Shown here: in pieces, positions 24,354 to 32,000 of the stretch
Layout of the letters: each line of letters starts with the position of its first letter
How positions within the stretch are numbered: the first letter of the stretch is position 1
Source of the DNA: Cupriavidus necator
Lineage (GTDB): Bacteria; Pseudomonadota; Gammaproteobacteria; Burkholderiales; Burkholderiaceae
Reading direction: 5' to 3'
Length of the DNA: 32,000 nt
NCBI RefSeq assembly: GCF_016127575.1
Contig: NZ_CP066019.1
Coordinates: forward strand, 120,001-152,000
Made by a program: the position numbers and the translations under genes
Notes under the pieces: model-generated
What the model saw: only the letters and a program-made list of their open reading frames with translations
What the model was told of the DNA's origin: nothing
Database searches by the model: none

Positions 24354-24388
24354 CTGCACGGCTCAGAACACGCGCATCAGGACACGCC

Positions 24389-24745
24389 TCAGGGCAGGCG
24401 GATCTCCTTCACGTCGAAGTGCGATTCGCCGATCAGCTCCTTGTCGTATTCGCCGACCAGTTCCACCGTGGTCTGCGCATCCACCGGCTTCTGTGCCGGC
24501 CAGAGCTTGGCCTTGATCTTCACCTTCATCTGGCCGGTGCCGTCCGAGAACAGGTAGCGCTCGTCGCCGACGCTGCTGATGATCTTGCCGCGCAGCACGG
24601 CCTGCTGGTCGTCCTTGCCATCTGCCTGCAGCGCCTTAACGGTCATCACCGGGACGGCCGACGGGCCGGTGTACTGGGCGCTGGCGCCGGCGGCGGCCAG
24701 TCCCAGCACAAGGGTCAGGGCAGTGGCGGTCAGGATGCGTTTCAT
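24389..24745 (-). CDS. ygiW: YgiW/YdeI family periplasmic OB-fold (BOF) stress protein
   Basis: Signal peptide MKRILTATALTLVLGLAAAGASA/Q. VLRGKIISSVGDERYLFSDGTGQMKVKIKAKLWP...VELVGEYDKE is the typical BOF pattern. GGAGA RBS. Confidence 0.85.
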   Translation of the reverse strand: MKRILTATALTLVLGLAAAGASAQYTGPSAVPVMTVKALQADGKDDQQAVLRGKIISSVGDERYLFSDGTGQMKVKIKAKLWPAQKPVDAQTTVELVGEYDKELIGESHFDVKEIRLP

Positions 24746-24843
24746 GTGCGTTCTCCGAAAATTTCAAATTTGGGGCGACTGCATGCATGATGCGCGCGCC
24801 CGCCTGAACCGTTGCTGAACGGGCAGTCAGGTCGCAACGCATT

Positions 24844-26031
24844 ATGATGCGGGTTTCGCCTTTGCATCTATCGGATCCCGGATTGCGTTTCCTTCACACC
24901 GCCGACTGGCATCTCGGCCGGCTCTTCCATGCGCGCAGCCTGCTGGAAGACCAGGCCCATATCCTCGACCAGTTTGTCGAACTGGTCCGCACCGAACGCC
25001 CCGATGCCGTGCTGATCGCCGGCGACGTCTACGACCGCGCCGTGCCGCCGCCTGAAGCAGTGGCCTTGCTCGACGACGTGCTGGGCCGCATCGTCATCGA
25101 CACCGGAGTGCCGGTGGTGATGATCGCCGGCAACCATGACAGCGCGCAGCGGCTGGGATTCGGCGCGCGGCTGATGCGGGCGCAGGGCCTGCACGTGGCC
25201 GGCCGCACGCTGGCCGCGGCGGCCTGCGTGACGCTGCACGACACCCACGGCGAGGTGCGCATCTACGCGCTGCCGTACGCGGAACCGGCGGTGGTGCGCG
25301 ATGCCATGGGCACCGACCTGCCATCGCATGAAGCCGCGCTGCGCGCGCAGCTCGATGCCATCCGCGCGGTGCATCCGCCGGGCGTGCGTGCCGTGGTGGT
25401 GGGCCATGCCTTCGTGGTGGGCGGCGCGGCAAGCGAATCGGAACGGCCGCTGTCGGTGGGCGGCAGCGGCGCGGTGGCCGCGGACCTGTTCGCCGGCTTT
25501 GACCTGGTGGCGCTGGGCCACCTGCACCGGCCCCAGACGCTGGGCGGCGGGCGCGTTCACTATGCGGGCTCGCTGCTGAAGTATTCGCTGTCAGAGTGCG
25601 CGCACGACAAGTCGGTGTCGCGCATCGAACTGGGCGCGGACGGCGCGGTCGCCATCACGCCGGTGCCGCTGCAGGCGCTGCGCGATGTGCGCGTGGTCGA
25701 AGGCGAACTGGCCGCGGTGCTGGCGGCGGGTGTCGATGATCCGCAACGCGATGACTACATCCACGCGCGGCTCACCGATACGGGCGCGCTGCTGGACCCG
25801 ATGGCCAGGCTGCGGCAGGTCTATCCCAATGCGCTCGCGATCGAACGCACGGTGCTGGCGCGCACCGGCACGGCTTCGGAGGCCGGGCGCAAGTTGCGGC
25901 AACTGGGTACCGGCGAACTCTTTGCCAACTTCTTCCGCGAAGTGGCGGATGCCGAGCTGGAACCGGACCAGCGTGCCGTGCTCGACCAGGTGCTGACCGG
26001 GATCGCCGCCGCGGACAGGGAGTCGGCATGA
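24844..26031 (+). CDS. sbcD: exonuclease SbcCD, nuclease subunit SbcD
   Basis: Mre11-type phosphoesterase motifs HTADWHLG, IAGDVYDR, IAGNHDS, VGHAFV, ALGHLH. The true start may be TTG 24883 (LRFLHTADWHLG), which matches the usual MRxLHTxDWHLG N-terminus. Confidence 0.9.
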   Translation: MMRVSPLHLSDPGLRFLHTADWHLGRLFHARSLLEDQAHILDQFVELVRTERPDAVLIAGDVYDRAVPPPEAVALLDDVLGRIVIDTGVPVVMIAGNHDSAQRLGFGARLMRAQGLHVAGRTLAAAACVTLHDTHGEVRIYALPYAEPAVVRDAMGTDLPSHEAALRAQLDAIRAVHPPGVRAVVVGHAFVVGGAASESERPLSVGGSGAVAADLFAGFDLVALGHLHRPQTLGGGRVHYAGSLLKYSLSECAHDKSVSRIELGADGAVAITPVPLQALRDVRVVEGELAAVLAAGVDDPQRDDYIHARLTDTGALLDPMARLRQVYPNALAIERTVLARTGTASEAGRKLRQLGTGELFANFFREVADAELEPDQRAVLDQVLTGIAAADRESA

Positions 26032-29000
26032 GACCGCTGCATTTGACGCTGCAGGCCTTCGGTCCCTTTGCCGCGACCGAGCAGGTCGATTTCACGCGGC
26101 TGGGCGAGCAGGCCTTCGTACTGATCCATGGCCCCACCGGCGCGGGCAAGACCACGCTGCTCGACGCGATCTGCTTTGCGCTGTACGGCGATACCTCCGG
26201 CGGCGAGCGCAGTGCGCAGGCCATGCGCAGCGCCAACGCCGCGCCCGCGCTGCGCACCGAGGTGACGCTGGAGTTCAGCCTGGGCGCGCAGCGCTGGCGC
26301 GTGGTGCGCTCGCCGGTACAGGAGCGGCCCAAGCAGCGCGGCGAGGGCTGGGTGACCGAGCCGGCCAAGGCCCAGCTGGACCTGCATGACGGCAACGACT
26401 GGATCAGCAAGGCCAGCCAGCCCGCCAGGGTCAGCGACGCCGTGCGCGACTTGCTGGGTTTCGACAGTGCCCAGTTCCGCCAGGTGATCGTGCTGCCGCA
26501 GGGGCGCTTCCGTGAATTGCTGACCGCCAGTTCGCAGGCGCGCCAGGCCATTCTGGAGCGCCTGTTCCGCACCGAGTTGTACCGGCGCGTGGAAGAGCTG
26601 CTGAAGGCCGAGGCCGCCGTCATCCGCCGCGATGCCGAGCGCATCACCATCCAGCGCGACGAAGCGCTGCGCCAGGTTGGGGTGGAATCGGCGCAGGCGC
26701 TGGCAGAGGGAATCGAGGCCTTGCAGGCCGAGTTGCAGGCGCTGCAGGGGCAGGAACAGGGCGCGCGGGCCACGCTGGCCGCAGCGCAGGCGGCGCTGGG
26801 TGCCGGCGAGCAGGTGGCGGCGCGGTTGCGGGAACGCCAGCAGGCGCAGGCCGCGCACGCGGCGCTGCTGGCGCGCCAGCCAGCCATGGAGCATGAGCGC
26901 GCGCGCCTGCACGCCGCCCAGCGCGCCGCGCGTGTCAGGCCGGCACTGCAGGCGTGGCAAGCCGCGCAGCGCGACCAGGCCGCCAGCGCCGTTGCCTTGA
27001 CGCAGTCTGGCGAGCAGGCGGCGCGCGCCGCGCAACAGGCCACGCAGGCGGCTGCCGCCTTGCAGGCCGAAAAGGCACGCGCTGAAGCGCGCCAGTCCGC
27101 GCAGAGGCGGGTTTCGCAGCTGGCAGACATGCTGCCGCGCGCGCAGCAGCTGGGTGCGCAGCTGGCCGCGCTGCAGGCGGCCGAAGCCAGGCAGGTGGCA
27201 GCCGCCACTGCGCGCGAACGCGCCGCCGCACAGCTTGCCACGCGGCAAGCCGATGCCGTTGGCGCGGAGTCCGCGCTGGCGCAAGGCCAGCTTGCTGCCG
27301 CGCAGGCACAGGCCACGGCGTTGCAGCTGGCCGCGTTGCAGGAACGCGCGCGGCAGCTTGACCGTCATCAGCAAGCTGTCCGGGCACTGGATGCCGCGAA
27401 CGCACAGGCGGCCAATGCCGCCGCTGCCGAACAGCAAGCCCTGCGCCAGCGCGAGCAGTGCCGCGCCGCGCTGGCCGAAGCGGAAGCCGCCTGGCGCGCC
27501 GGGCAGGCCGCGCGGCTGGCCGCAAGCCTGGCAGCGGGCGATGCCTGCCCGGTCTGCGGCAGCACCGCGCACCCGGCACCGGCGCAGCACGTGGCGGCGC
27601 CGCTGTCGGACCAGGCGCTGGAGCAGGCCCGCCACGCCGCGCTCGAGGCTGAATCCCATGCGGTGCGCTGCACCGGCCAGCACCAGGCGGCACAAGCTGC
27701 CATTGCCCAGGCGCGCGAGCGGCTGGACGAACTGGCGCAGGCGCTGGGCGAGGTCGGCGACGAGTCCGCCCGCAAGCTGAAAGCCGAGATCACGGGACTG
27801 GAAGCGGCACTGGCCGAAGGCCGGCAAGCGGCGGCAAGCCTTGCGCAACGCGAAGCCGCCATCGTCAGCTGCCGCACGGCGCTCGCAGCGGCGGACGCCG
27901 CCAGCCGCGATGCCACGGCCGGCGCCGAGGCCGCTGCCCAGGCGCTGGCCCACTGCCGTGGCGAATGGCAGGCCAACAGTGCGCAGGTTCCCGAGGATTC
28001 ACGCGACCCCGTGGCGCTGGGCGAGGCCCTGCGGCAGGCGCAGGCTATGCTCGCCGCGCTGGAACAGGCGCTGGTCGCTGCGCAGGCGGCCGAGCGCCAG
28101 GCTGCGGCGGACGCAGCCGGGGCACAGGCTGGACTGGTCTCGGCACAGCAGGCACAGGCCCAGGCGTCTAACCGCCTGGCCGAGGCCGAATCCGTGCTTG
28201 CACAGGCGCTCGCGCAGCAAGGCTTTGCCGATGTGCCGGCCCACGCGGCCGCCTGTCTTGGCGACGATGCCATGCAGGCGCTCGACGCGACGCTGCGCGC
28301 GTTCGATACCCAGCTGGCCACAGCCGCCGACTGGCGCGAACGCGCCGAGGCCGCCGCGCAAGCGCTGGACGCACCGGATCTGGACGGCCTGCGCGCAGCG
28401 CGCGATGCGTCGGCCGCCGCGGTGGAAGCCCTGGTCCGGCAACAGGCCGAGCGCGGCCGTTCGCGCGACACGCTGCTGCAGTGCCAGCTGCGCCTGCAGC
28501 AGCTGGACGCGCAGGGGCGCGACATCGAGGCACGCTACGCGGTGCTGGGCCGGCTGGCCGAAGTCGCCAACGGCAACAACCCGCGCCGCATGACCTTCCA
28601 GCGCTTCGTGCTGGCCACACTGCTCGATGAGGTGCTGGAAGCCGCTTCGGCGCGTTTGCTGGCGATGAGCCGCGGCCGCTATGTGCTGCAGCGCGTGCGC
28701 GAGCAGGCAGACCAGCGCAGTGCGGGCGGACTGGATATCGAAGTGTTCGACCACGATACCGGCGCGGCGCGTCCGGCCAATACGCTGTCAGGTGGCGAGG
28801 GCTTCCTCGCGTCGTTGTCGCTGGCGCTGGGGCTGGCCGACGTGGTGCAGTCGCGCGCCGGCGGCATCCAGCTCGATACGCTGTTTGTCGACGAAGGCTT
28901 TGGCACGCTCGATCCCGAGAGCCTGGACTTTGCCATCCGTACGCTGCTGGACCTGCAGCAGGCAGGGCGGCTGGTGGGGATCATTTCGCACGTCACCGAA

Positions 29001-29090
29001 TTGCGTGAGCGCATCGACGTGCGGTTGGAGGTGCGCCCTGGGGTTGGCGGCAGCCGGGTACTGTTGACGGGCGTGGCGACCCTCGCGTAA
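26028..29090 (+). CDS. sbcC: exonuclease SbcCD, ATPase subunit SbcC
   Basis: ATGA overlap with sbcD. Walker A GPTGAGKTTLLDAI, a long Ala/Gln/Glu coiled coil, zinc hook CPVC at 27546-27557, signature LSGGEGF, Walker B LFVDEGFGTLD, D-loop/His ISHV. Confidence 0.95.
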   Translation: MRPLHLTLQAFGPFAATEQVDFTRLGEQAFVLIHGPTGAGKTTLLDAICFALYGDTSGGERSAQAMRSANAAPALRTEVTLEFSLGAQRWRVVRSPVQERPKQRGEGWVTEPAKAQLDLHDGNDWISKASQPARVSDAVRDLLGFDSAQFRQVIVLPQGRFRELLTASSQARQAILERLFRTELYRRVEELLKAEAAVIRRDAERITIQRDEALRQVGVESAQALAEGIEALQAELQALQGQEQGARATLAAAQAALGAGEQVAARLRERQQAQAAHAALLARQPAMEHERARLHAAQRAARVRPALQAWQAAQRDQAASAVALTQSGEQAARAAQQATQAAAALQAEKARAEARQSAQRRVSQLADMLPRAQQLGAQLAALQAAEARQVAAATARERAAAQLATRQADAVGAESALAQGQLAAAQAQATALQLAALQERARQLDRHQQAVRALDAANAQAANAAAAEQQALRQREQCRAALAEAEAAWRAGQAARLAASLAAGDACPVCGSTAHPAPAQHVAAPLSDQALEQARHAALEAESHAVRCTGQHQAAQAAIAQARERLDELAQALGEVGDESARKLKAEITGLEAALAEGRQAAASLAQREAAIVSCRTALAAADAASRDATAGAEAAAQALAHCRGEWQANSAQVPEDSRDPVALGEALRQAQAMLAALEQALVAAQAAERQAAADAAGAQAGLVSAQQAQAQASNRLAEAESVLAQALAQQGFADVPAHAAACLGDDAMQALDATLRAFDTQLATAADWRERAEAAAQALDAPDLDGLRAARDASAAAVEALVRQQAERGRSRDTLLQCQLRLQQLDAQGRDIEARYAVLGRLAEVANGNNPRRMTFQRFVLATLLDEVLEAASARLLAMSRGRYVLQRVREQADQRSAGGLDIEVFDHDTGAARPANTLSGGEGFLASLSLALGLADVVQSRAGGIQLDTLFVDEGFGTLDPESLDFAIRTLLDLQQAGRLVGIISHVTELRERIDVRLEVRPGVGGSRVLLTGVATLA

Positions 29091-29108
29091 TGCGGCGGGG
29101 TTTCCCCG

Positions 29109-29366
29109 TCAGCCGACGAATACCTGGCGGCAACGAATCGCCATCACTTGCGCTTCAAATGCGCGGGCGGCTGCCCGGGCCAGGCGCACGCGGCGCGACA
29201 GCGGGTGCGGGCGGGATGGCATGTTGGCGCCAGCCGGGGCAGGCGCGGGCGATTGCAGTTGATCCTTGCTGGGTTTCAGTCCCCACGCCTGCTGCGTGAC
29301 ATGCAGGATGCGCGCAAGCGCCACTGCATGGGGCGTGGATGAAAACGGGACATGGACGGTGGCCAT
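29109..29366 (-). CDS. hypothetical protein (85 aa), weak call
   Basis: ATG 29366 is preceded by a GAGGAG RBS at good spacing, and third-position GC is high. No recognisable family. The longer 138-aa version in the track lacks an RBS. Confidence 0.3.
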   Translation of the reverse strand: MATVHVPFSSTPHAVALARILHVTQQAWGLKPSKDQLQSPAPAPAGANMPSRPHPLSRRVRLARAAARAFEAQVMAIRCRQVFVG

Positions 29367-29637
29367 GACGGGCTCCTCGTTCTTTGTTGCCAGGCTGCCC
29401 TGCTCAGCCGGGTGGTCCGGTGGCTGCTGTGCGGGTGTTGCCTTGCCTGATTCCACAATAGCCCGTGCGACCCCCGGGCCATATCGAGTGCGAGCCGATT
29501 GTGATGTCGGCCCCGTCCTACACACGGGGTGTGCCCGTCACCCGCGCGCGCTAATCGCACAATCTGGTTAGCCGACCGCCCGGTCGGCTTGACCGTCGCC
29601 GACGCGCAGGTGTAATCTGTTCATTCTGCGAATTCAA

Positions 29638-29652
29638 GTTCGTATATCGAAC
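29638..29652. promoter_or_regulatory. inverted repeat GTTCG-TATAT-CGAAC upstream of pcaIJF (candidate IclR/PcaR-type operator)
   Basis: Perfect 5-bp arms in an AT-richer stretch about 190 nt upstream of the pcaI start. Related half-sites lie nearby (GTTAACGAAC 29659-29668; CTAATCGCAC near 29551-29560). As I recall it, the Pseudomonas PcaR box is GTTCGATAATCGCAC. Confidence 0.35.
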
Positions 29653-29844
29653 AAATCGGTTAACGAACAACCGGTCCACACCCAAAGACTCACGCAGACT
29701 GCTGGACTCGTTCAAATGGGTAGCGCCCCGCGCAGCCCGCCGCGACGAAACTCCTTCCGGCAGGATTACCGGAGACAGCCTTTCATGCGCCGCGTCTTGC
29801 GGCCCGCTCCGGTAGCCTGGCGGATCTTCCGACCTGGAACGCAA

Positions 29845-30507
29845 GTGATCAACAAGCTATACGACTCGGTGGAAGCGGCGGTGGCCGGCATCCACGACGG
29901 CGCCACCATCCTGATTGGCGGCTTCGGCCTCGCAGGCATGCCCGCGGAACTGATCGACGCGCTGATCGAGCAAGGCGCGCGCGACCTGACCATCGTCAAC
30001 AACAACGCCGGCAACGGCGACACCGGGCTGGCCGCGCTGCTCAAGACCAAGCGCGTGCGCAAGATCATCTGCTCGTTCCCGCGCCAGGCGGATTCCTACG
30101 TCTTCGATTCGCTCTACCACGCGGGCGAGATCGAGCTGGAACTGGTGCCCCAGGGCAACCTGGCCGAGCGCATCCGCGCCGCCGGTGCCGGCATCGGCGG
30201 CTTCTTCACGCGCACCGCCTACGGCACGCCGCTGGCCGAGGGCAAGGAAACGCGCATCATCGACGGCCAGGGCTATGTGTTCGAGACCCCGATCCACGCC
30301 GACTTCGCGCTGATCAAGGCCGACACCGCCGACCGCTGGGGCAACCTTACCTATCGCAAGACTGCGCGCAATTTCGGCCCGATCATGGCGATGGCCGCCA
30401 AATGCGCCATCGTGCAAGTCAGCCACGTGGTGGAGCTGGGCGAGATGGACCCCGAACACATCGTGACGCCGGGCCTCTTCGTCAAGCGCGTCGTCAAGGT
30501 CGCCTGA
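29845..30507 (+). CDS. pcaI: 3-oxoadipate CoA-transferase subunit A
   Basis: GTG start at 29845 (VINKLYDSVEAAVAGIHDGATILIGGFGLAGMP...), the canonical N-terminus of CoA-transferase family I alpha subunits. Followed by pcaJ and pcaF. Confidence 0.9.
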   Translation: MINKLYDSVEAAVAGIHDGATILIGGFGLAGMPAELIDALIEQGARDLTIVNNNAGNGDTGLAALLKTKRVRKIICSFPRQADSYVFDSLYHAGEIELELVPQGNLAERIRAAGAGIGGFFTRTAYGTPLAEGKETRIIDGQGYVFETPIHADFALIKADTADRWGNLTYRKTARNFGPIMAMAAKCAIVQVSHVVELGEMDPEHIVTPGLFVKRVVKVA

Positions 30508-30531
30508 GCGACAGGTAACAGGAGAATCCAG

Positions 30532-31173
30532 ATGCAACGCCTGACCCGCGATCAGATGGCCGCCCGCGTGGCCAAAGACATTCCCGACGGTGCCGTGGTC
30601 AACCTCGGCATCGGCCTGCCGACACTGGTCGGCAACCACCTGCCCGCAGACAAGGAAATCCTGCTGCACAGCGAGAACGGCCTGCTTGGCATGGGCCCCG
30701 CGCCCGCGCCCGGCGAGGAAGACGGCGACCTGATCAATGCCGGCAAGCAGCCGGTGACGGTCAAGCCGGGCGGCTCGTTCTTCCATCACGCCGATTCGTT
30801 CGCGATGATGCGTGGCGGCCACCTGGACTTCTGCGTGCTGGGTGCGTTCCAGGTCTCAGAGAAGGGCGACCTGGCCAACTGGCACACCGGCGCGCCCGGC
30901 GCCATCCCCGCCGTGGGCGGCGCGATGGACCTGGCCATCGGCGCCAAGCAGGTGTTCGTGATGATGGAGCACCAGACCAAGCAGGGCGAGAGCAAGATTG
31001 TGCCGCAGTGCACCTATCCGCTGACCGGCATCGGCTGCGTGACCCGCATCTACACTGACCTTGCGACCATCGACGTGACCGCCGACGGGCTGGTCGCGCG
31101 CGACCTGGTCGAAGGGCTGAGCTTCGATGAACTGCAGCGCATTACCGGCGTTCCCCTGAAGCTGGCCGCCTGA
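30532..31173 (+). CDS. pcaJ: 3-oxoadipate CoA-transferase subunit B
   Basis: AGGAGA RBS. Catalytic-Glu motif LLHSENGLLG, plus GAMDLAIGAKQVFVMMEH. Confidence 0.9.
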   Translation: MQRLTRDQMAARVAKDIPDGAVVNLGIGLPTLVGNHLPADKEILLHSENGLLGMGPAPAPGEEDGDLINAGKQPVTVKPGGSFFHHADSFAMMRGGHLDFCVLGAFQVSEKGDLANWHTGAPGAIPAVGGAMDLAIGAKQVFVMMEHQTKQGESKIVPQCTYPLTGIGCVTRIYTDLATIDVTADGLVARDLVEGLSFDELQRITGVPLKLAA

Positions 31174-31213
31174 GCGCCGGCATCACCACACACCAAAACG
31201 AGAGAGACACACC

Positions 31214-32000
31214 ATGACCGAAGCCTTTATCTGCGACGCCATCCGCACCCCCATCGGCCGCTACGGCGGCAGCCTGTCCGCGGTGCGCCCGGACGACCTC
31301 GGCGCGGTGCCGCTGAAGGCGCTGATGGCCCGCAATCCGAACCTGGACTGGAAGGCCATCGATGACGTGATCTACGGCAACGCCAACCAGGCCGGCGAAG
31401 ACAACCGCAACGTGGCACGCATGTCGGCGCTGCTGGCGGGCCTGCCGCAAGAGGTGCCGGGCGCCACCATCAACCGCCTGTGCGGCTCCGGCATGGACGC
31501 TACCGGCACCGCCGCGCGCGCCATCAAGGCCGGCGAAGCCACCCTGATGATCGCCGGCGGCGTGGAAAGCATGAGCCGTGCCCCGTTCGTGATGGGCAAG
31601 GCCACCAGCGCGTTCTCGCGCGATGCGCAGATCTTCGACACCACCATCGGCTGGCGCTTCATCAACCCGGCCATGCGCGCGGCCTACGGCGTGGACTCGA
31701 TGCCCGAGACCGCCGAGAACGTCGCCACCGACTACAAGATCAGCCGCGAAGACCAGGACCTGATGGCGCTGCGCAGCCAGGAAAAGGCCTCGCGCGCGCA
31801 GGCCGACGGCACGCTGGCGCAGGAAATAACCCCGGTCACCATCGCCCAGAAGAAGGGCGACCCGATCGTGGTCGAGCGCGACGAGCACCCGCGCGCCACC
31901 AGCATGGAAGCGCTGGCCAAGCTGCGCGGCGTGGTCCGTCCTGACGGCACCGTGACCGCTGGCAATGCCTCGGGCGTGAACGACGGCGCCTGCGCGCTGC
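31214..32000 (+). CDS. pcaF: 3-oxoadipyl-CoA thiolase, 5' partial (runs off the window)
   Basis: My own translation from ATG 31214 gives MTEAFICDAIRTPIGRYGGSLSAVRPDDLGA...ATINRLCGSGMDA (thiolase active-site Cys) ...GNASGVNDGACAL. Open to the window end and not in the ORF track because no stop is reached. Confidence 0.85.
   Translation, partial: MTEAFICDAIRTPIGRYGGSLSAVRPDDLGAVPLKALMARNPNLDWKAIDDVIYGNANQAGEDNRNVARMSALLAGLPQEVPGATINRLCGSGMDATGTAARAIKAGEATLMIAGGVESMSRAPFVMGKATSAFSRDAQIFDTTIGWRFINPAMRAAYGVDSMPETAENVATDYKISREDQDLMALRSQEKASRAQADGTLAQEITPVTIAQKKGDPIVVERDEHPRATSMEALAKLRGVVRPDGTVTAGNASGVNDGACAL

Noticed and set aside
24758-24771. AAAATTTCAAATTT direct half-repeats in the ygiW/sbcD divergent region as an operator.
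   Set aside because: The repeats are short and AT-only, lying inside the ygiW 5' leader next to its RBS. They cannot be distinguished from a simple AT-rich promoter or UTR tract.
24844-29090. SbcD/SbcC pair as a possible SMC-like anti-phage defence module.
   Set aside because: It has canonical Mre11/Rad50-type motifs, a CPVC zinc hook, typical sizes and an ATGA-coupled sbcD-sbcC order. No extra effector or sensor genes are present. It looks like the housekeeping SbcCD nuclease.
1-32000. CRISPR arrays, tRNA/rRNA genes, transposases, integrases, IS inverted repeats and prophage genes.
   Set aside because: I scanned the intergenic regions and the ORF track by eye. No spaced direct-repeat arrays, no cloverleaf-like conserved tRNA motifs, and no transposase or integrase-like translations were seen. 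This is a visual scan only, so a tRNAscan/Infernal/ISfinder run would be the definitive check.

Overview
Very GC-rich DNA. Gene content and protein sequences resemble Cupriavidus/Ralstonia-type Burkholderiaceae, but the taxon is an inference. Left part (1-6.3 kb): unrelated single genes, namely a YggT membrane protein, a MarR regulator, a glycine-zipper lipoprotein with a Gly/Tyr plus QQGYP low-complexity domain, an acyl-CoA synthetase, a dienelactone hydrolase, a secreted PLD/Nuc-like protein and a dodecin. Middle (6.3-24.4 kb): an apparent surface/adhesion island. It starts with a ShlB/FhaC-type TpsB outer-membrane transporter that has no TpsA partner and is co-oriented with a 470-aa heptad-repeat lipoprotein. 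A paralogous lipoprotein is transcribed divergently. Both lipoprotein genes carry near-consensus sigma-54 (-24/-12) promoters plus mirror-image copies of a 23-bp and a 21-bp upstream element. A complete Tad/Flp pilus operon follows (flp, tadV/cpaA, tadE, cpaB, cpaC, tadZ, tadA, tadB, tadC, tadD, DUF3613-like, tadG). It ends in a sigma-54 enhancer-binding protein whose receiver-like domain lacks the phospho-acceptor Asp. Right part (24.4-32 kb): a YgiW-like OB-fold protein, sbcDC and pcaIJF (pcaF is cut by the window end). No rRNA, tRNA, CRISPR or mobile elements were seen. The most interesting item is the sigma-54-wired TpsB plus repeat-lipoprotein module next to the Tad locus, which I cannot assign to any described system. 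CDS coordinates include the stop codon. Many long antisense ORFs in the track are GC-driven shadow ORFs.
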